Source of the DNA: an uncultured Verrucomicrobiae bacterium
GTDB taxonomy: Bacteria > Verrucomicrobiota > Verrucomicrobiia > Chthoniobacterales > JAFAMB01
DNA length: 64,000 bases
Reading direction: 5' to 3'
Assembly: GCA_963762565.1 (NCBI GenBank)
Contig: CAVXLD010000010.1
Location: 192,001 to 256,000 of the forward strand
In this document: positions 41,006 through 50,482 of the stretch, piece after piece
How the letters are laid out: every line of letters begins with the position of its first letter
Position numbering within the stretch: the first letter of the stretch is position 1
Program-made: the position numbers and the translations under genes
The notes under the pieces: generated by a model
The model's input: only the letters and a program-made list of their open reading frames with translations
Databases searched by the model: none
Told to the model about the DNA's origin: nothing

Positions 41006-42121
41006 ATGACTTTTGCAGACGTTTTGAAATCCAGTTCAGGGCCGAGCACGAAGACCTTGGCTGACTTTGCTAAATTGCTCGAACCGATGGACGATCGGGT
41101 GCTCACTCAACTGGCGGCGAGCGCGAAAAAAATAACCCATCGGTTCTTCGGGCGGACGATGCGGTTGTTCGCCCCCCTCTATTTTTCGAACGAATGCGTT
41201 AATAGCTGTTCTTACTGCGGTTTTTCTCGCGACAACCCGATCCTCCGAGTCACCCTAACTCTCGACCAGGTCGAACGTGAGGCGCGCTTTCTCGCCGGTC
41301 TGGGCTTTCGCAGCCTGCTCTTGGTTTCGGGTGAACATCCCAAGTTCATTTCGAACCAATATTTGGTCGATGTCGTACGCAAGGTCAGCCAAATCGTTCC
41401 TTCGGTGTCGCTGGAAGTAGCACCACTGGAGACGGATGAGTACCGGATGATGATCGGGGCAGGGGCCGAAGGCCTGATTGTGTATCAAGAGACTTATGAT
41501 CGGGCGATTTACGAGACCTTGCACACCGCCGGCCCAAAAAAGGATTTCTTCTGGCGTTTGGAAACACCGGCGCGGGCTTATGCAGCCGGATTTCGTCGTC
41601 TGGGACTCGGCGCTCTTTTCGGACTCGCGCCTTGGAGACAGGAAGCGATCGCTCTTGCCGGCCACATCGAATTCCTGCTCAAGCGATGTTGGCGGTCACA
41701 ACTTACCGTCGCGTTCCCCCGGTTACGACCCGCAGCCGGCGGCTTTCACCCTCAGCACGTATTAAATGACCGGGAACTGATCCAACTAGTCTGCGCATTC
41801 CGCGTTACCTTTCCTCAAGTCGGTATTGTGCTTAGTACTCGAGAACCGATTTGGCTGCGTGATACCCTCGTTCATTTGGGTGTAACCACGATGAGTGCCG
41901 GCAGCCGGACTTCTCCAGGCGGCTATACTGGTCAGGGAAGTGAGTCGCTACACCTAACCGTGCGAGGCCGGATCCAAAATGTGAGTGACACTAACGGTGG
42001 AGCTGAACCCCAATTCGAGATCGAGGACCACCGATCACCAAACGAAGTCGCCGAAGCTTTGGTTAAAGCCGGGATCGATCCCGTTTGGAAAGATTGGGAC
42101 GCCGCCATCTTGAATGTATGA
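41006..42121 (+). CDS. thiH: 2-iminoacetate synthase (radical SAM)
   Basis: APLYFSNECVNSCSYCGF, YQETY, FPRLRP, LSTRE, SAGSRTSPGGY, WKDWD. Confidence 0.95.
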   Translation: MTFADVLKSSSGPSTKTLADFAKLLEPMDDRVLTQLAASAKKITHRFFGRTMRLFAPLYFSNECVNSCSYCGFSRDNPILRVTLTLDQVEREARFLAGLGFRSLLLVSGEHPKFISNQYLVDVVRKVSQIVPSVSLEVAPLETDEYRMMIGAGAEGLIVYQETYDRAIYETLHTAGPKKDFFWRLETPARAYAAGFRRLGLGALFGLAPWRQEAIALAGHIEFLLKRCWRSQLTVAFPRLRPAAGGFHPQHVLNDRELIQLVCAFRVTFPQVGIVLSTREPIWLRDTLVHLGVTTMSAGSRTSPGGYTGQGSESLHLTVRGRIQNVSDTNGGAEPQFEIEDHRSPNEVAEALVKAGIDPVWKDWDAAILNV

Positions 42122-42318
42122 CCGCCAGAATAAACGGCGAAGCGCGGGCGATGCCGGACGGATCAACGATCTCGGATCTGTTACAAACCTTTGGTTTGCC
42201 CGCCAAGAATGTATTGGTGGAACGCAACGGTGAACCAGTTCGGCGGGATGATTTTGGCTGCCAGCACATCCAAGACGATGACTGCATCGAGATCATCAGC
42301 ATGGTCGCCGGTGGTTAA
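42118..42318 (+). CDS. thiS: Sulfur carrier protein ThiS
   Basis: 66 aa, INGE, VERNG, C-terminal VAGG; overlaps the thiH stop. Confidence 0.93.
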   Translation: MTARINGEARAMPDGSTISDLLQTFGLPAKNVLVERNGEPVRRDDFGCQHIQDDDCIEIISMVAGG

Positions 42319-42381
42319 CCCGGCGCGATCACACCATGGAAGGTGGCGTCCTTTTGAGCGCGCCGAGGTTTTCGCCCTACC
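42319..42381. repeat. Single family B2 unit
   Basis: CGGCGCG-31 nt-CGCGCCGAGGTTTTCGCCCTACC. Confidence 0.75.
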
Positions 42382-42457
42382 GAAACCGTCACATTCAAAT
42401 CTCGTCGTGCGCTTATCCTTCCATTTCGGTTATTATTGGTTGTCACTGGTTGCCAAG

Positions 42458-44251
42458 ATGCCGCGAATTTCGCCTGAAACGATCCAGCAGGTCGCTGCCG
42501 CCCTGAACATTGTTGATGTCGTGGGCAGCTATTTCCCTCTGAAAAAGTCGGGCATCGAGTTCCGAGCACTCTGTCCGTTTCACCAGGAGAAGACCCCGTC
42601 GTTTTACGTAAACCCAGACAAACAGACCTTTTATTGCTTTGGCTGTGGCCGGGGAGGAACCGTTTTCCAGTTCGTTCAGGAATATGAACACGTAGATTTC
42701 CCTGAGGCCGTGCGACGTTTAGCGCATCGCGCTGCTATTCCGATTATCGAGGCGGAGCCGAGTCCAGAAGAACAAGAAAAACAAAACCAGAGGAAACGCC
42801 TGCTTCGTTTGCATTTCGAAGCGGCCGATTGGTTTCATCGGAATCTGCTTCGCACCAAGGCCGGTGAAATCGCTCGCGATTACATGCGCGGGCGTCAACT
42901 TAATATCGATATTGCACGCCAATGGCGGATCGGCTATGCGCCAAATTCTTGGAACGCTTTCCGGAGTTGGGCGATTCAAGTTGGTTTTAGTAAAGAAGAA
43001 TTGGTTCTCAGCGGCCTAGTAAAGCTCCGGGACGAAGGCAACCCGCGGTCTGATGTCTACGATCGGTTCCGTGACCGTTTGATGTTTCCCATCACCAATG
43101 AGCTGGGCGAGGTGGTTGCTTTTAGCGGCCGGGTGCTGCAGCCGAAAGCAGCCGGTGGAAAATACATCAATTCTCCAGAATCGCCGTTGTTCTCGAAGGG
43201 CAATCTGTTGTTCGGGTTAGAAAAATCAAAACGAACGATCGCTCAAAGCCGACAAGCCGTGGTGTTAGAGGGTCAGGTCGATTTGATAGTCGCGTTCGCA
43301 GCCGGGATCGAAAACGTCGTGGCTCCACTTGGGACCGCCCTGACCGAACGACACGCCGCGCTGCTGAAACGATTTGCAACCGAGGTGGTCCTTTTCTTTG
43401 ATGCTGATGCTGCCGGTGAACGAGCGGCGGAGCGGGCCATCGAAGTCTTGTACGCCGCCGGTTTACAGGTTCGCCTCGGTAAGTTGCCTTCCGGTGAAGA
43501 TCCTGACTCGCTGGTGCGCAAAGAAGGAGCAGAGCAGTTTCGGCTCCGGATCAATGAGGCAAAGGATTTCCTCGAACATGAACTGGAGCGAAGCGCAACC
43601 AGGGACCAGAGCGTGGCTCAACGCGTCGAATCGGCCCATCGCATCGCGCGGTTCATCGGTCTAATATCAGAACCGGTCTTGCGTGACACCACCATCAGTC
43701 GAGTAATGGCACGGCTATCGCTGTCGCGGGAGGCGGTTGAACAGGCTATTGCCAGCCATCGGAAAGGAACCGGCAGAAACAGCTTGCTAGAACCGGTAGA
43801 AACCGGCATTGCGCAGCCCGAACACAAAATATCCGCCTTCTGCAATATCTTCATGACCGATGTCGCTACTTTGCAATGGGTCCGGAGCCAGCCGTGGAAG
43901 GAGATCCTCGCCGGTGTAGCCGGGACCGAGATTCTGATAAAAATTTTAGACTCTGATTTGCAATCGGATAACCCGGCTTCGGTATCTGCTTTTTTAGCAA
44001 CGTTGGAAGCAACCGATGCCGCGATCTTGTCTAGCGCGCTTGCCCTAAAACCAATTGAGCCGGGGCGCGCATACTGGTCCGGCTTAGTCCAAGAGGAGTT
44101 GCGCCTCCGAAAAAGCCGCATCAAAGCCGCCCTGCGCCTCAACTCAGACAAACCCGAAGCCTGTGCGCAAGCCCAGGCCGAGCTAAATCGAGTGCTAGAG
44201 CTCGAATCCCATTTCACAGCCGCCTTCAAGAACCTCGAACCGGGCTCCTAG
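42458..44251 (+). CDS. dnaG: DNA primase
   Basis: Zn finger CPFHQEKTPSF..CFGC, DRFRDRLMFPI, KYINSPE, Toprim EG..D and DADAAG. Confidence 0.97.
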   Translation: MPRISPETIQQVAAALNIVDVVGSYFPLKKSGIEFRALCPFHQEKTPSFYVNPDKQTFYCFGCGRGGTVFQFVQEYEHVDFPEAVRRLAHRAAIPIIEAEPSPEEQEKQNQRKRLLRLHFEAADWFHRNLLRTKAGEIARDYMRGRQLNIDIARQWRIGYAPNSWNAFRSWAIQVGFSKEELVLSGLVKLRDEGNPRSDVYDRFRDRLMFPITNELGEVVAFSGRVLQPKAAGGKYINSPESPLFSKGNLLFGLEKSKRTIAQSRQAVVLEGQVDLIVAFAAGIENVVAPLGTALTERHAALLKRFATEVVLFFDADAAGERAAERAIEVLYAAGLQVRLGKLPSGEDPDSLVRKEGAEQFRLRINEAKDFLEHELERSATRDQSVAQRVESAHRIARFIGLISEPVLRDTTISRVMARLSLSREAVEQAIASHRKGTGRNSLLEPVETGIAQPEHKISAFCNIFMTDVATLQWVRSQPWKEILAGVAGTEILIKILDSDLQSDNPASVSAFLATLEATDAAILSSALALKPIEPGRAYWSGLVQEELRLRKSRIKAALRLNSDKPEACAQAQAELNRVLELESHFTAAFKNLEPGS

Positions 44252-44292
44252 TAGCAGAAGAGTTAGGCAACGCCGCACTTTTCTGCTACTAT

Positions 44293-44374
44293 AGCCTGGG
44301 TTACTCGCAACCGGCCGAGCCGCAAGGACTCGCATAGGCGGATGCGGCTCGGCCGGTTGCGAGTAATCCAGGCT
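44293..44374. repeat. Near-perfect hairpin with a stem of about 32 bp between dnaG and rpoD
   Basis: AGCCTGGGTTACTCGCAACCGGCCGAGCCGCA / TGCGGCTCGGCCGGTTGCGAGTAATCCAGGCT, one G-T pair. Confidence 0.9.
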
Positions 44375-44526
44375 TCGTAGAAAGTAATCCTTGACCTGCG
44401 AAAGGTGTTCACAGATATTTTGCGCGCCTTTGGGTCGAGTGTCGTTAACTTGTGTCTTACCATCGCAACCATCGCGCAACTACTCCGCTCCGGCCTGGTT
44501 AATTGTTCTGACGAGCGCAGGTGCAT

Positions 44527-46413
44527 ATGCCGAGAGTCACAACTTCTAATCCGGATAAAGTTCAAACTGCTGCTCATAAAGCTCAACCGGTTGCTCTAAA
44601 GAGAGCCAAGAACGGTTCAGCCCCGCAGAAATCTAACGGTGACGCGCCAGGAGCCCTGAGCAAAAACGGCGCGTCTAAATCCAGCCGGAAAGCTGCTAAA
44701 GGACAGGCATTGCTTGCGGTTCCAACCCCTGAACCAGAATCACCTCCTGCGAACGGAGAGCACGCCGCCTCTCCGCGCATCAGCCACACCGAAACGAGTT
44801 TCGACTTGCAAGAACGTCTCCGCGAACTGGTCAAGCTAGCAAAGGAACAGGGCTATCTCACCTACGACGATATCAACGAAGCATTGCCGGAGGGAATGGC
44901 TGATCCGGACGAGATGGACCAGATCTTCGCTCAGCTTCGGTCCATGGAAGTCGATATCATCGAGGCCTCGGAGGTTGATCGGTACAAAGACGGCAAAAAA
45001 GATCTCGATGACGAAGAGGACGAGAAAGACCAAAAGCTAGACATCCTGGACGATCCGGTTCGGATGTATCTCAAACAAATGGGTCAGGTCCCGCTGCTGA
45101 CTCGCGAACAGGAGGTTGAGATTTCGAAGCGAATCGAAAATGCCGAGTTGATGGTTCAAAAGTTCATCAATCGATTCGGTTTTATTTCAGCGGCCCATAT
45201 TCAGCTGGCGCAAAAATTAATAGATGGCCGTGAACGTTTCGATCGGGTCATTTTAGATAAGAAAATTGAGAGCCGGGAACGGTACATGAAGGGTTTGGCT
45301 CGACTTTGCGCCGTGGTTGAAAAAGCAAGCAAGGACACCGCGGAATTCTACCGTAAATGGTTGAGCGCCCGCGGAACTCCGAAAGAGAACAGCGCCAAAG
45401 TCGAGTTCCAGAAAGCGCACACGGCCCTGATGAAGCTCTATCCGCGTTTCTACTTTAAGCAGAGGGTCACCGAAGAGTTCGTCCAATTGGCCGACGAGAA
45501 ACAGCGTTTAATTACTAACCTGCTCGCGGAAATCGCCCGCGCCGAGAATGCGACCGGATCGGTCAAAGAGAAATTAGCGCTCTGTAAAGGCAGGTTACTC
45601 GAGGTCGAATGCACGATCTGGCAAAAGGCCGATGATTTTGTGACCTGCCATCGGGAACTCAAAGATTGGCTAAAGAGGGCTTTGCGGGCAAAGACCGAGA
45701 TGGTTGAGGCCAACCTGCGTTTGGTCATTTCGATCGCAAAGAAGTATACCAACCGCGGCCTATCGTTTCTTGATCTTATTCAAGAAGGAAACATGGGCCT
45801 GATGAAAGCAGTGGAGAAGTTCGAGTACCGCCGCGGCTACAAGTTTTCCACCTACGCCACATGGTGGATCCGCCAGGCGATTACCCGCTCGATTGCCGAT
45901 CAAGCACGCACGATCCGTATTCCGGTGCACATGATCGAGACCATTAACAAGCTGATGCGAGTACAGAAACAGCTTGTTCAGGAATACGGCCGGGAACCCA
46001 CTCCGGAAGAGGTCGCAGAGGAGATCCAACTACCGGTCGAACGCGTACGCGCCGTGCTAAAAATGGCGCAGCAGCCTATTTCTCTGCAATCACCCGTTGG
46101 GGACAGCGAGGATACGAGTTTCGGCGATTTCATTGAGGACAAGGGGGCAGAGAATCCCAGCGATATGACGGCCGTGGTGTTGCTGCGCGAGAAGATCCGC
46201 GACGTCCTGGACACGCTCACCGAACGGGAGCGGCAAGTGCTCGAACAACGCTTTGGTCTGGTAGACGGGTACAGCCGTACCCTCGAAGAAGTCGGCCGCC
46301 AATTTAAAGTCACCCGGGAACGCATCCGCCAAATAGAAGCCAAGGCTCTCCGCAAGATGAGACATCCCACTCGGATTCGCCAGCTAGAAGGCTTTTTGGA
46401 GGCGGGTGACTAG
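44527..46413 (+). CDS. rpoD: RNA polymerase primary sigma factor
   Basis: Region 1.1 [66 protein letters not shown]. Confidence 0.98.
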   Translation: MPRVTTSNPDKVQTAAHKAQPVALKRAKNGSAPQKSNGDAPGALSKNGASKSSRKAAKGQALLAVPTPEPESPPANGEHAASPRISHTETSFDLQERLRELVKLAKEQGYLTYDDINEALPEGMADPDEMDQIFAQLRSMEVDIIEASEVDRYKDGKKDLDDEEDEKDQKLDILDDPVRMYLKQMGQVPLLTREQEVEISKRIENAELMVQKFINRFGFISAAHIQLAQKLIDGRERFDRVILDKKIESRERYMKGLARLCAVVEKASKDTAEFYRKWLSARGTPKENSAKVEFQKAHTALMKLYPRFYFKQRVTEEFVQLADEKQRLITNLLAEIARAENATGSVKEKLALCKGRLLEVECTIWQKADDFVTCHRELKDWLKRALRAKTEMVEANLRLVISIAKKYTNRGLSFLDLIQEGNMGLMKAVEKFEYRRGYKFSTYATWWIRQAITRSIADQARTIRIPVHMIETINKLMRVQKQLVQEYGREPTPEEVAEEIQLPVERVRAVLKMAQQPISLQSPVGDSEDTSFGDFIEDKGAENPSDMTAVVLLREKIRDVLDTLTERERQVLEQRFGLVDGYSRTLEEVGRQFKVTRERIRQIEAKALRKMRHPTRIRQLEGFLEAGD

Positions 46414-46486
46414 TACCAGACTCCTCTTTGAACTAAGCTGGTCCTGAACGAAACTTTTTGGTGTACCGAGAGTTTAATCAACAGCG

Positions 46487-46831
46487 ATGAAGGACCAGGA
46501 ACACGACAATCTATGGGCCTTATTGGGGAGGGCGAAGAGGTCCGAGCCCTCTCCATTCTTCGTCGCTAAGGTCGTTACGGCTGTCCGGCATGGACACGAG
46601 AAACGAATCGCTGTGTGGCGAAACTGGTTGCGATACGGTTTACCCAGCGCCTTGGCCGGCGCATTGGCGGTGATTCTGGCTCATTTTTCCCTTCTTCCCC
46701 ATCATAGTGTAGACCGTAGACTCATTGTGGTCGCACAGACTGAGCCAGGTGACCTCGACGTTATCGCCGATCTCGACGTCGCGATGTCGTCCGAAGAGTC
46801 CTCCGTATGGCTCGATTCTTCGGCGCACTGA
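46487..46831 (+). CDS. Small single-pass membrane protein, anti-sigma-like
   Basis: LWALLG..EPSPFFVAKV, one TM helix, acidic tail DLDVIADLD; anti-sigma role is inferred. Confidence 0.6.
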   Translation: MKDQEHDNLWALLGRAKRSEPSPFFVAKVVTAVRHGHEKRIAVWRNWLRYGLPSALAGALAVILAHFSLLPHHSVDRRLIVVAQTEPGDLDVIADLDVAMSSEESSVWLDSSAH

Positions 46832-47289
46832 TTTTAGCGTTGGTCGCTGGAGGAGCGTTAGCGGACACCCCTACTCCTCAGCCTTCCGCCACGACTCAAC
46901 CGGCCTCTTCCGCCCGGATAGAGGAGATACGGAAATCGATCGAACAGTTGCCGCCGGAGCAACAAGAAAAGGTGCTGAAAAATCTGCATCGCTGGCAATC
47001 TCTGAGCCCGGAAGAGCGCGATTATCTTCGCCAGCAGGAGCGGGTACGAATCCAGAAGCAAGAAGAGTCTGTCACCGAAGCCTACCAGAAGTCAGGCTTA
47101 CATCTCACTGAGGCCCAGCGAATCCAATTTCGGAAACGGTACGTGGAAGAACGCCGGAAATTGGAAGAAGAACTCGCTAAGGAGAGCCAGGAACGGCGAA
47201 CTGTCGGCAACACCACCATCATCGAGCAATTAAAGAAAGAATTCTCGACGCCGAAACCATCTCCGACGCCGAGTGTAGCGCTGCACTGA
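46807..47289 (+). CDS. Exported helical protein (DUF3106-like)
   Basis: Signal peptide; LPPEQQ, RWQSLSPEER and LTEAQR repeats. Confidence 0.7.
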   Translation: MARFFGALILALVAGGALADTPTPQPSATTQPASSARIEEIRKSIEQLPPEQQEKVLKNLHRWQSLSPEERDYLRQQERVRIQKQEESVTEAYQKSGLHLTEAQRIQFRKRYVEERRKLEEELAKESQERRTVGNTTIIEQLKKEFSTPKPSPTPSVALH

Positions 47290-47291
47290 AA

Positions 47292-47643
47292 GCGAATCGG
47301 CGAGAGGGCGAAACGGCGAAAGGGCCGATCGAAGCCCGGTGTTGGGTGGGGCGAGGCTCCGGAACCACCGACTGTATTCCCAAAGCCTGTTGTGGATTCC
47401 AACGATATCGTAAGCAAGGTCGATTCGCCGCCGAGCCGCAACCCAGCGCTATGCAGTCGAACCAAGCCTTCGATTTATCGGTGGTTTTTTTGGAGTGGTG
47501 AATCGAGGGTCACGGCTCGGCAGCGCACAGGCCTAACCCGCAACAGCCGAGGCGAATACCATTCGCTTTGGCCCGGCGTTTGAGTCCATTCCGAAGCCTC
47601 GCCCCACCGACGCTGGGCTTCGGTCGCCCATTCGCCGTTTCGC
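47292..47643. repeat. Family B copy 4 (47345-47608) inside a GGCGAAAC-type shell
   Basis: Core spacing 69/74/71 nt; layer CGAAGCCC / GGGCTTCG; shell GCGAAACGGCGAA / TTCGCCGTTTCGC. Confidence 0.9.
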
Positions 47644-47646
47644 AAA

Positions 47647-48411
47647 TCACCCCTGATCCGAAACTTCACTTGCCGTAAACGAAATCGACTGTACCGGCTC
47701 AGCGGGCACCCGTTGAGTCAGATGTTTCGATAGCACTTGGAAGTAACCCAGTGTGTCGCGAGCCGGACGAATTTTGCTCTGCTCCGCTCGGTAGATCGTT
47801 CGAATCGGGACGAAATCGATTGAGAACCCGCTACGAGCAGCCAACAACAAGCATTCGGTCTCGAAAGCGAATCCATCGCTGGACTGGAGCAGCACCGAAA
47901 GTAGACGCCGATGTGCCATTCGGTAACCGCATTGGCTATCGGGCAGTTTGCGCCGGCACAAGTTTCCGATTTGCCAGGACATGAATCGATTCGTCCAGCG
48001 ACGAACCCATGGCATTGTGGCCGGATTAATCATCCGGTTGCCCACCACCAGATCGGTCTTCGATTGTGAGGCTTTGTCTACGAATTTCGGGATCTCGCTG
48101 GGATCGTGCTGGCCATCTCCATCCAGAAAAAGGAAGTATTGATAGTTCTCCGCTGCCGCCCTTCGCAGGCCGGTCTTGATGGCCGCACCTTTTCCCAAAC
48201 GTTGCGGATGTCGGATCACAGTGGCTCCGGCCATTGCCGCCGCTGTGCCGGTGTTATCGAGGGAGTGATCATCGATCACGATGATCTTTTCTACGTGCGC
48301 TCTTACACCGCGAACGACTCCGGCGATAAAACGTTCCTCTTCATGGGCCGGAATAATGGCGCAAACCGTATCCGCAAGAGGCTCAATCATGAACTCGCGT
48401 TCAAGATTCAA
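47647..48411 (-). CDS. Glycosyltransferase family 2
   Basis: IIPAHEE, IDDHSLD, GKGAA, LDGDGQHDP, DSQCGYR; alternative ATG at 48390. Confidence 0.92.
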   Translation of the reverse strand: MNLEREFMIEPLADTVCAIIPAHEEERFIAGVVRGVRAHVEKIIVIDDHSLDNTGTAAAMAGATVIRHPQRLGKGAAIKTGLRRAAAENYQYFLFLDGDGQHDPSEIPKFVDKASQSKTDLVVGNRMINPATMPWVRRWTNRFMSWQIGNLCRRKLPDSQCGYRMAHRRLLSVLLQSSDGFAFETECLLLAARSGFSIDFVPIRTIYRAEQSKIRPARDTLGYFQVLSKHLTQRVPAEPVQSISFTASEVSDQG

Positions 48412-49310
48412 GTGCCCGACTGCCGGCGGGCGGTGGGATGATAGTCCGATGCATGATAGGAGCTCCTTACCAACGGACCGGAAGCCACATACTCAAAACC
48501 TTTGCTCAACCCGATCTCCCGATACGTTGCGAAGGTTTCCGGAGAAATATATTCCACCACAGGGAGATGCTGTGGCGTTGGCCGCAGATACTGGCCAAGT
48601 GTGAGCACTCGCACTCCGGATTCGCGCAGGTCGTCCATTGCTTGAAAAAGTTCGGGCTCGGTTTCGCCCAGACCTAGCATGATTCCGCTCTTGGTGACTA
48701 CTTCGGGGTCGATCTCTTTCGCTCGTCTCAACACCGACAAAGACAACCGATACTTGGCTCTCGACCGGACAAAAGGCGTTAGCCTTTCTACGGTTTCCAG
48801 ATTGTGATTAAAGATGTCAGGTTTGGCAGCCAACACCTCGGCCAGCGATTCCTCTCTCCCGTTGAAATCCGGAACTAGTACTTCGATAACGATGCTCGGA
48901 TCAGCGTTTCGGATTCCGTTAATCGTTCGGGCAAAATGATTTGCTCCCCCGTCCTTAAGATCGTCCCGAGCGACAGCGGTAATTACGACGTGTCTTAGTT
49001 TGAGCCGGAGCACTCCTTCAACGACGCGTTCGGGTTCGTCAGCTTCCAGGGCAAACGGCTTAGCCGTGGATACGGCACAGAATCCACACGCTCGCGTGCA
49101 TCGTTCCCCCGCGATCATGAACGTTGCAGTACCTTGGCTCCAACATTCCCAACGATTGGGGCACTGAGCTGACTCGCAGACTGTATGAAGCCGCAGATCC
49201 GAAATCAGCGCTTTGGTTGAGAAAAAAACCGGATTGGATGGCAGCCTAACCTTTATCCAGCTTGGCTTCCTGGCCTGGTGTAGGGCTGGATCAATTTTTG
49301 AACAAGACAT
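48408..49310 (-). CDS. lipA: Lipoyl synthase
   Basis: TVCESAQCPNRWECW, CTRACGFC, HNLETV, GQYLRP, PLVRSSY. Confidence 0.97.
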   Translation of the reverse strand: MSCSKIDPALHQARKPSWIKVRLPSNPVFFSTKALISDLRLHTVCESAQCPNRWECWSQGTATFMIAGERCTRACGFCAVSTAKPFALEADEPERVVEGVLRLKLRHVVITAVARDDLKDGGANHFARTINGIRNADPSIVIEVLVPDFNGREESLAEVLAAKPDIFNHNLETVERLTPFVRSRAKYRLSLSVLRRAKEIDPEVVTKSGIMLGLGETEPELFQAMDDLRESGVRVLTLGQYLRPTPQHLPVVEYISPETFATYREIGLSKGFEYVASGPLVRSSYHASDYHPTARRQSGT

Positions 49311-49516
49311 CGCGTATGGCGCCAAATTAGCCTGCGCCGCCGGAAAATGCATACGCATTTTTCGGCAGCGCAGGCTGTGGCAGGAGAATATTCCGGCTAC
49401 GCCGGATCATTCTCCTGCTGGTTAAGATAATCGTTTCAAGGGTCGCCATTTATTCAGAGCCCCTCCTCAAAGACGAGCGCGAAACCGGAAGCGTTACGAA
49501 CGGTCGACGACCGCAC

Positions 49517-49560
49517 AAAAAAAGCCGCAGAATGTCCGGTGTAACCGGATATTCTGCGGC
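49517..49560 (-). terminator. Intrinsic terminator after rplM-rpsI
   Basis: Minus strand GCCGCAGAATATCCGG-ttaca-CCGGACATTCTGCGGC followed by T7. Confidence 0.85.
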
Positions 49561-49610
49561 CATAGCCTGGATCGCAGACAAATGCCTGACGCATTGTCTG
49601 CGAGACGGGC

Positions 49611-50000
49611 TTAACGCTTAGAAAACTGGAACCGCTTGCGTGCGCCGGGTTGGCCAGCTTTTTTCCGCTCTTTCATTCGCGGATCTCGCGTCAATAAGCC
49701 TTCCTCTTTCAAGACAGCGCGCATCGCGGCATCGACTTCGAGCAGCGCCCGAGCAATCCCAAGTCGAATCGCGCCTGCCTGACCGACAGGACCCCCACCA
49801 TGGGTTTTGGCCCTGACGTCGTAATTGTTCATTGTCTTGGTCACCTCGAAAGGCTTTAGAACCGTCAGCTGCAACGGGGCCGTTGGAAAATACTCCTCAA
49901 ATGGCCGACCATTGATCTCGATCACCCCGCTACCTCGCAGGAGCCTGACTCGGGCGACAGAGGTTTTGCGACGGCCTGTAGCAGTAAATGTATCCGACAT
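49611..50000 (-). CDS. rpsI: 30S ribosomal protein S9
   Basis: [35 protein letters not shown]. Confidence 0.99.
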   Translation of the reverse strand: MSDTFTATGRRKTSVARVRLLRGSGVIEINGRPFEEYFPTAPLQLTVLKPFEVTKTMNNYDVRAKTHGGGPVGQAGAIRLGIARALLEVDAAMRAVLKEEGLLTRDPRMKERKKAGQPGARKRFQFSKR

Positions 50001-50006
50001 GGCTAG

Positions 50007-50429
50007 CTAGATGGAAATGGGTTCTTGCGCCCCGTGCGGATGTTGGTCACCGCGGTAAACCTTTAACTTGGTGTAAATCGAACGCCCAAGACGATTGTGG
50101 GGAATCATGCCTTTGACCGCATGCTCAATCAACAGTTCCGGCCGACGAGCGCGCCGGCGTTGTACCGTTTCGGATTTGTGCCCACCCACGTAACCGGAGA
50201 AACTCATGTACTCCTTTTGCGTCTCTTTCTTACCGGTCAATCGCACCTTTTCAGCATTGATGACGACCACGAAATCCCCAGTATCAACATGTGGCGTAAA
50301 TATTGGCTTTTGCTTTCCACGCAACAAATTGGCAACCTTGACGGCCACCCGGCCCAAGGGCTGGTTGCTGGCGTCTACGATGTACCACTTCCTGTCAATA
50401 TCACTAGATTTTGCTGAGAACGTAGTCAT
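50007..50429 (-). CDS. rplM: 50S ribosomal protein L13
   Basis: WYIVDA..LGR, FTPHVDTGDFVVVINA, AVKGM, LKVY..HPH. Confidence 0.99.
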   Translation of the reverse strand: MTTFSAKSSDIDRKWYIVDASNQPLGRVAVKVANLLRGKQKPIFTPHVDTGDFVVVINAEKVRLTGKKETQKEYMSFSGYVGGHKSETVQRRRARRPELLIEHAVKGMIPHNRLGRSIYTKLKVYRGDQHPHGAQEPISI

Positions 50430-50453
50430 GCCGCTTTACCGAAAAGAGCGGGC

Positions 50454-50482
50454 AAAATAGGTGAATCCAATCCCAGTGTCAA
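50454..50482 (-). promoter_or_regulatory. sigma70 promoter of rplM-rpsI
   Basis: Minus strand TTGACA-17 nt-TATTTT. Confidence 0.75.
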
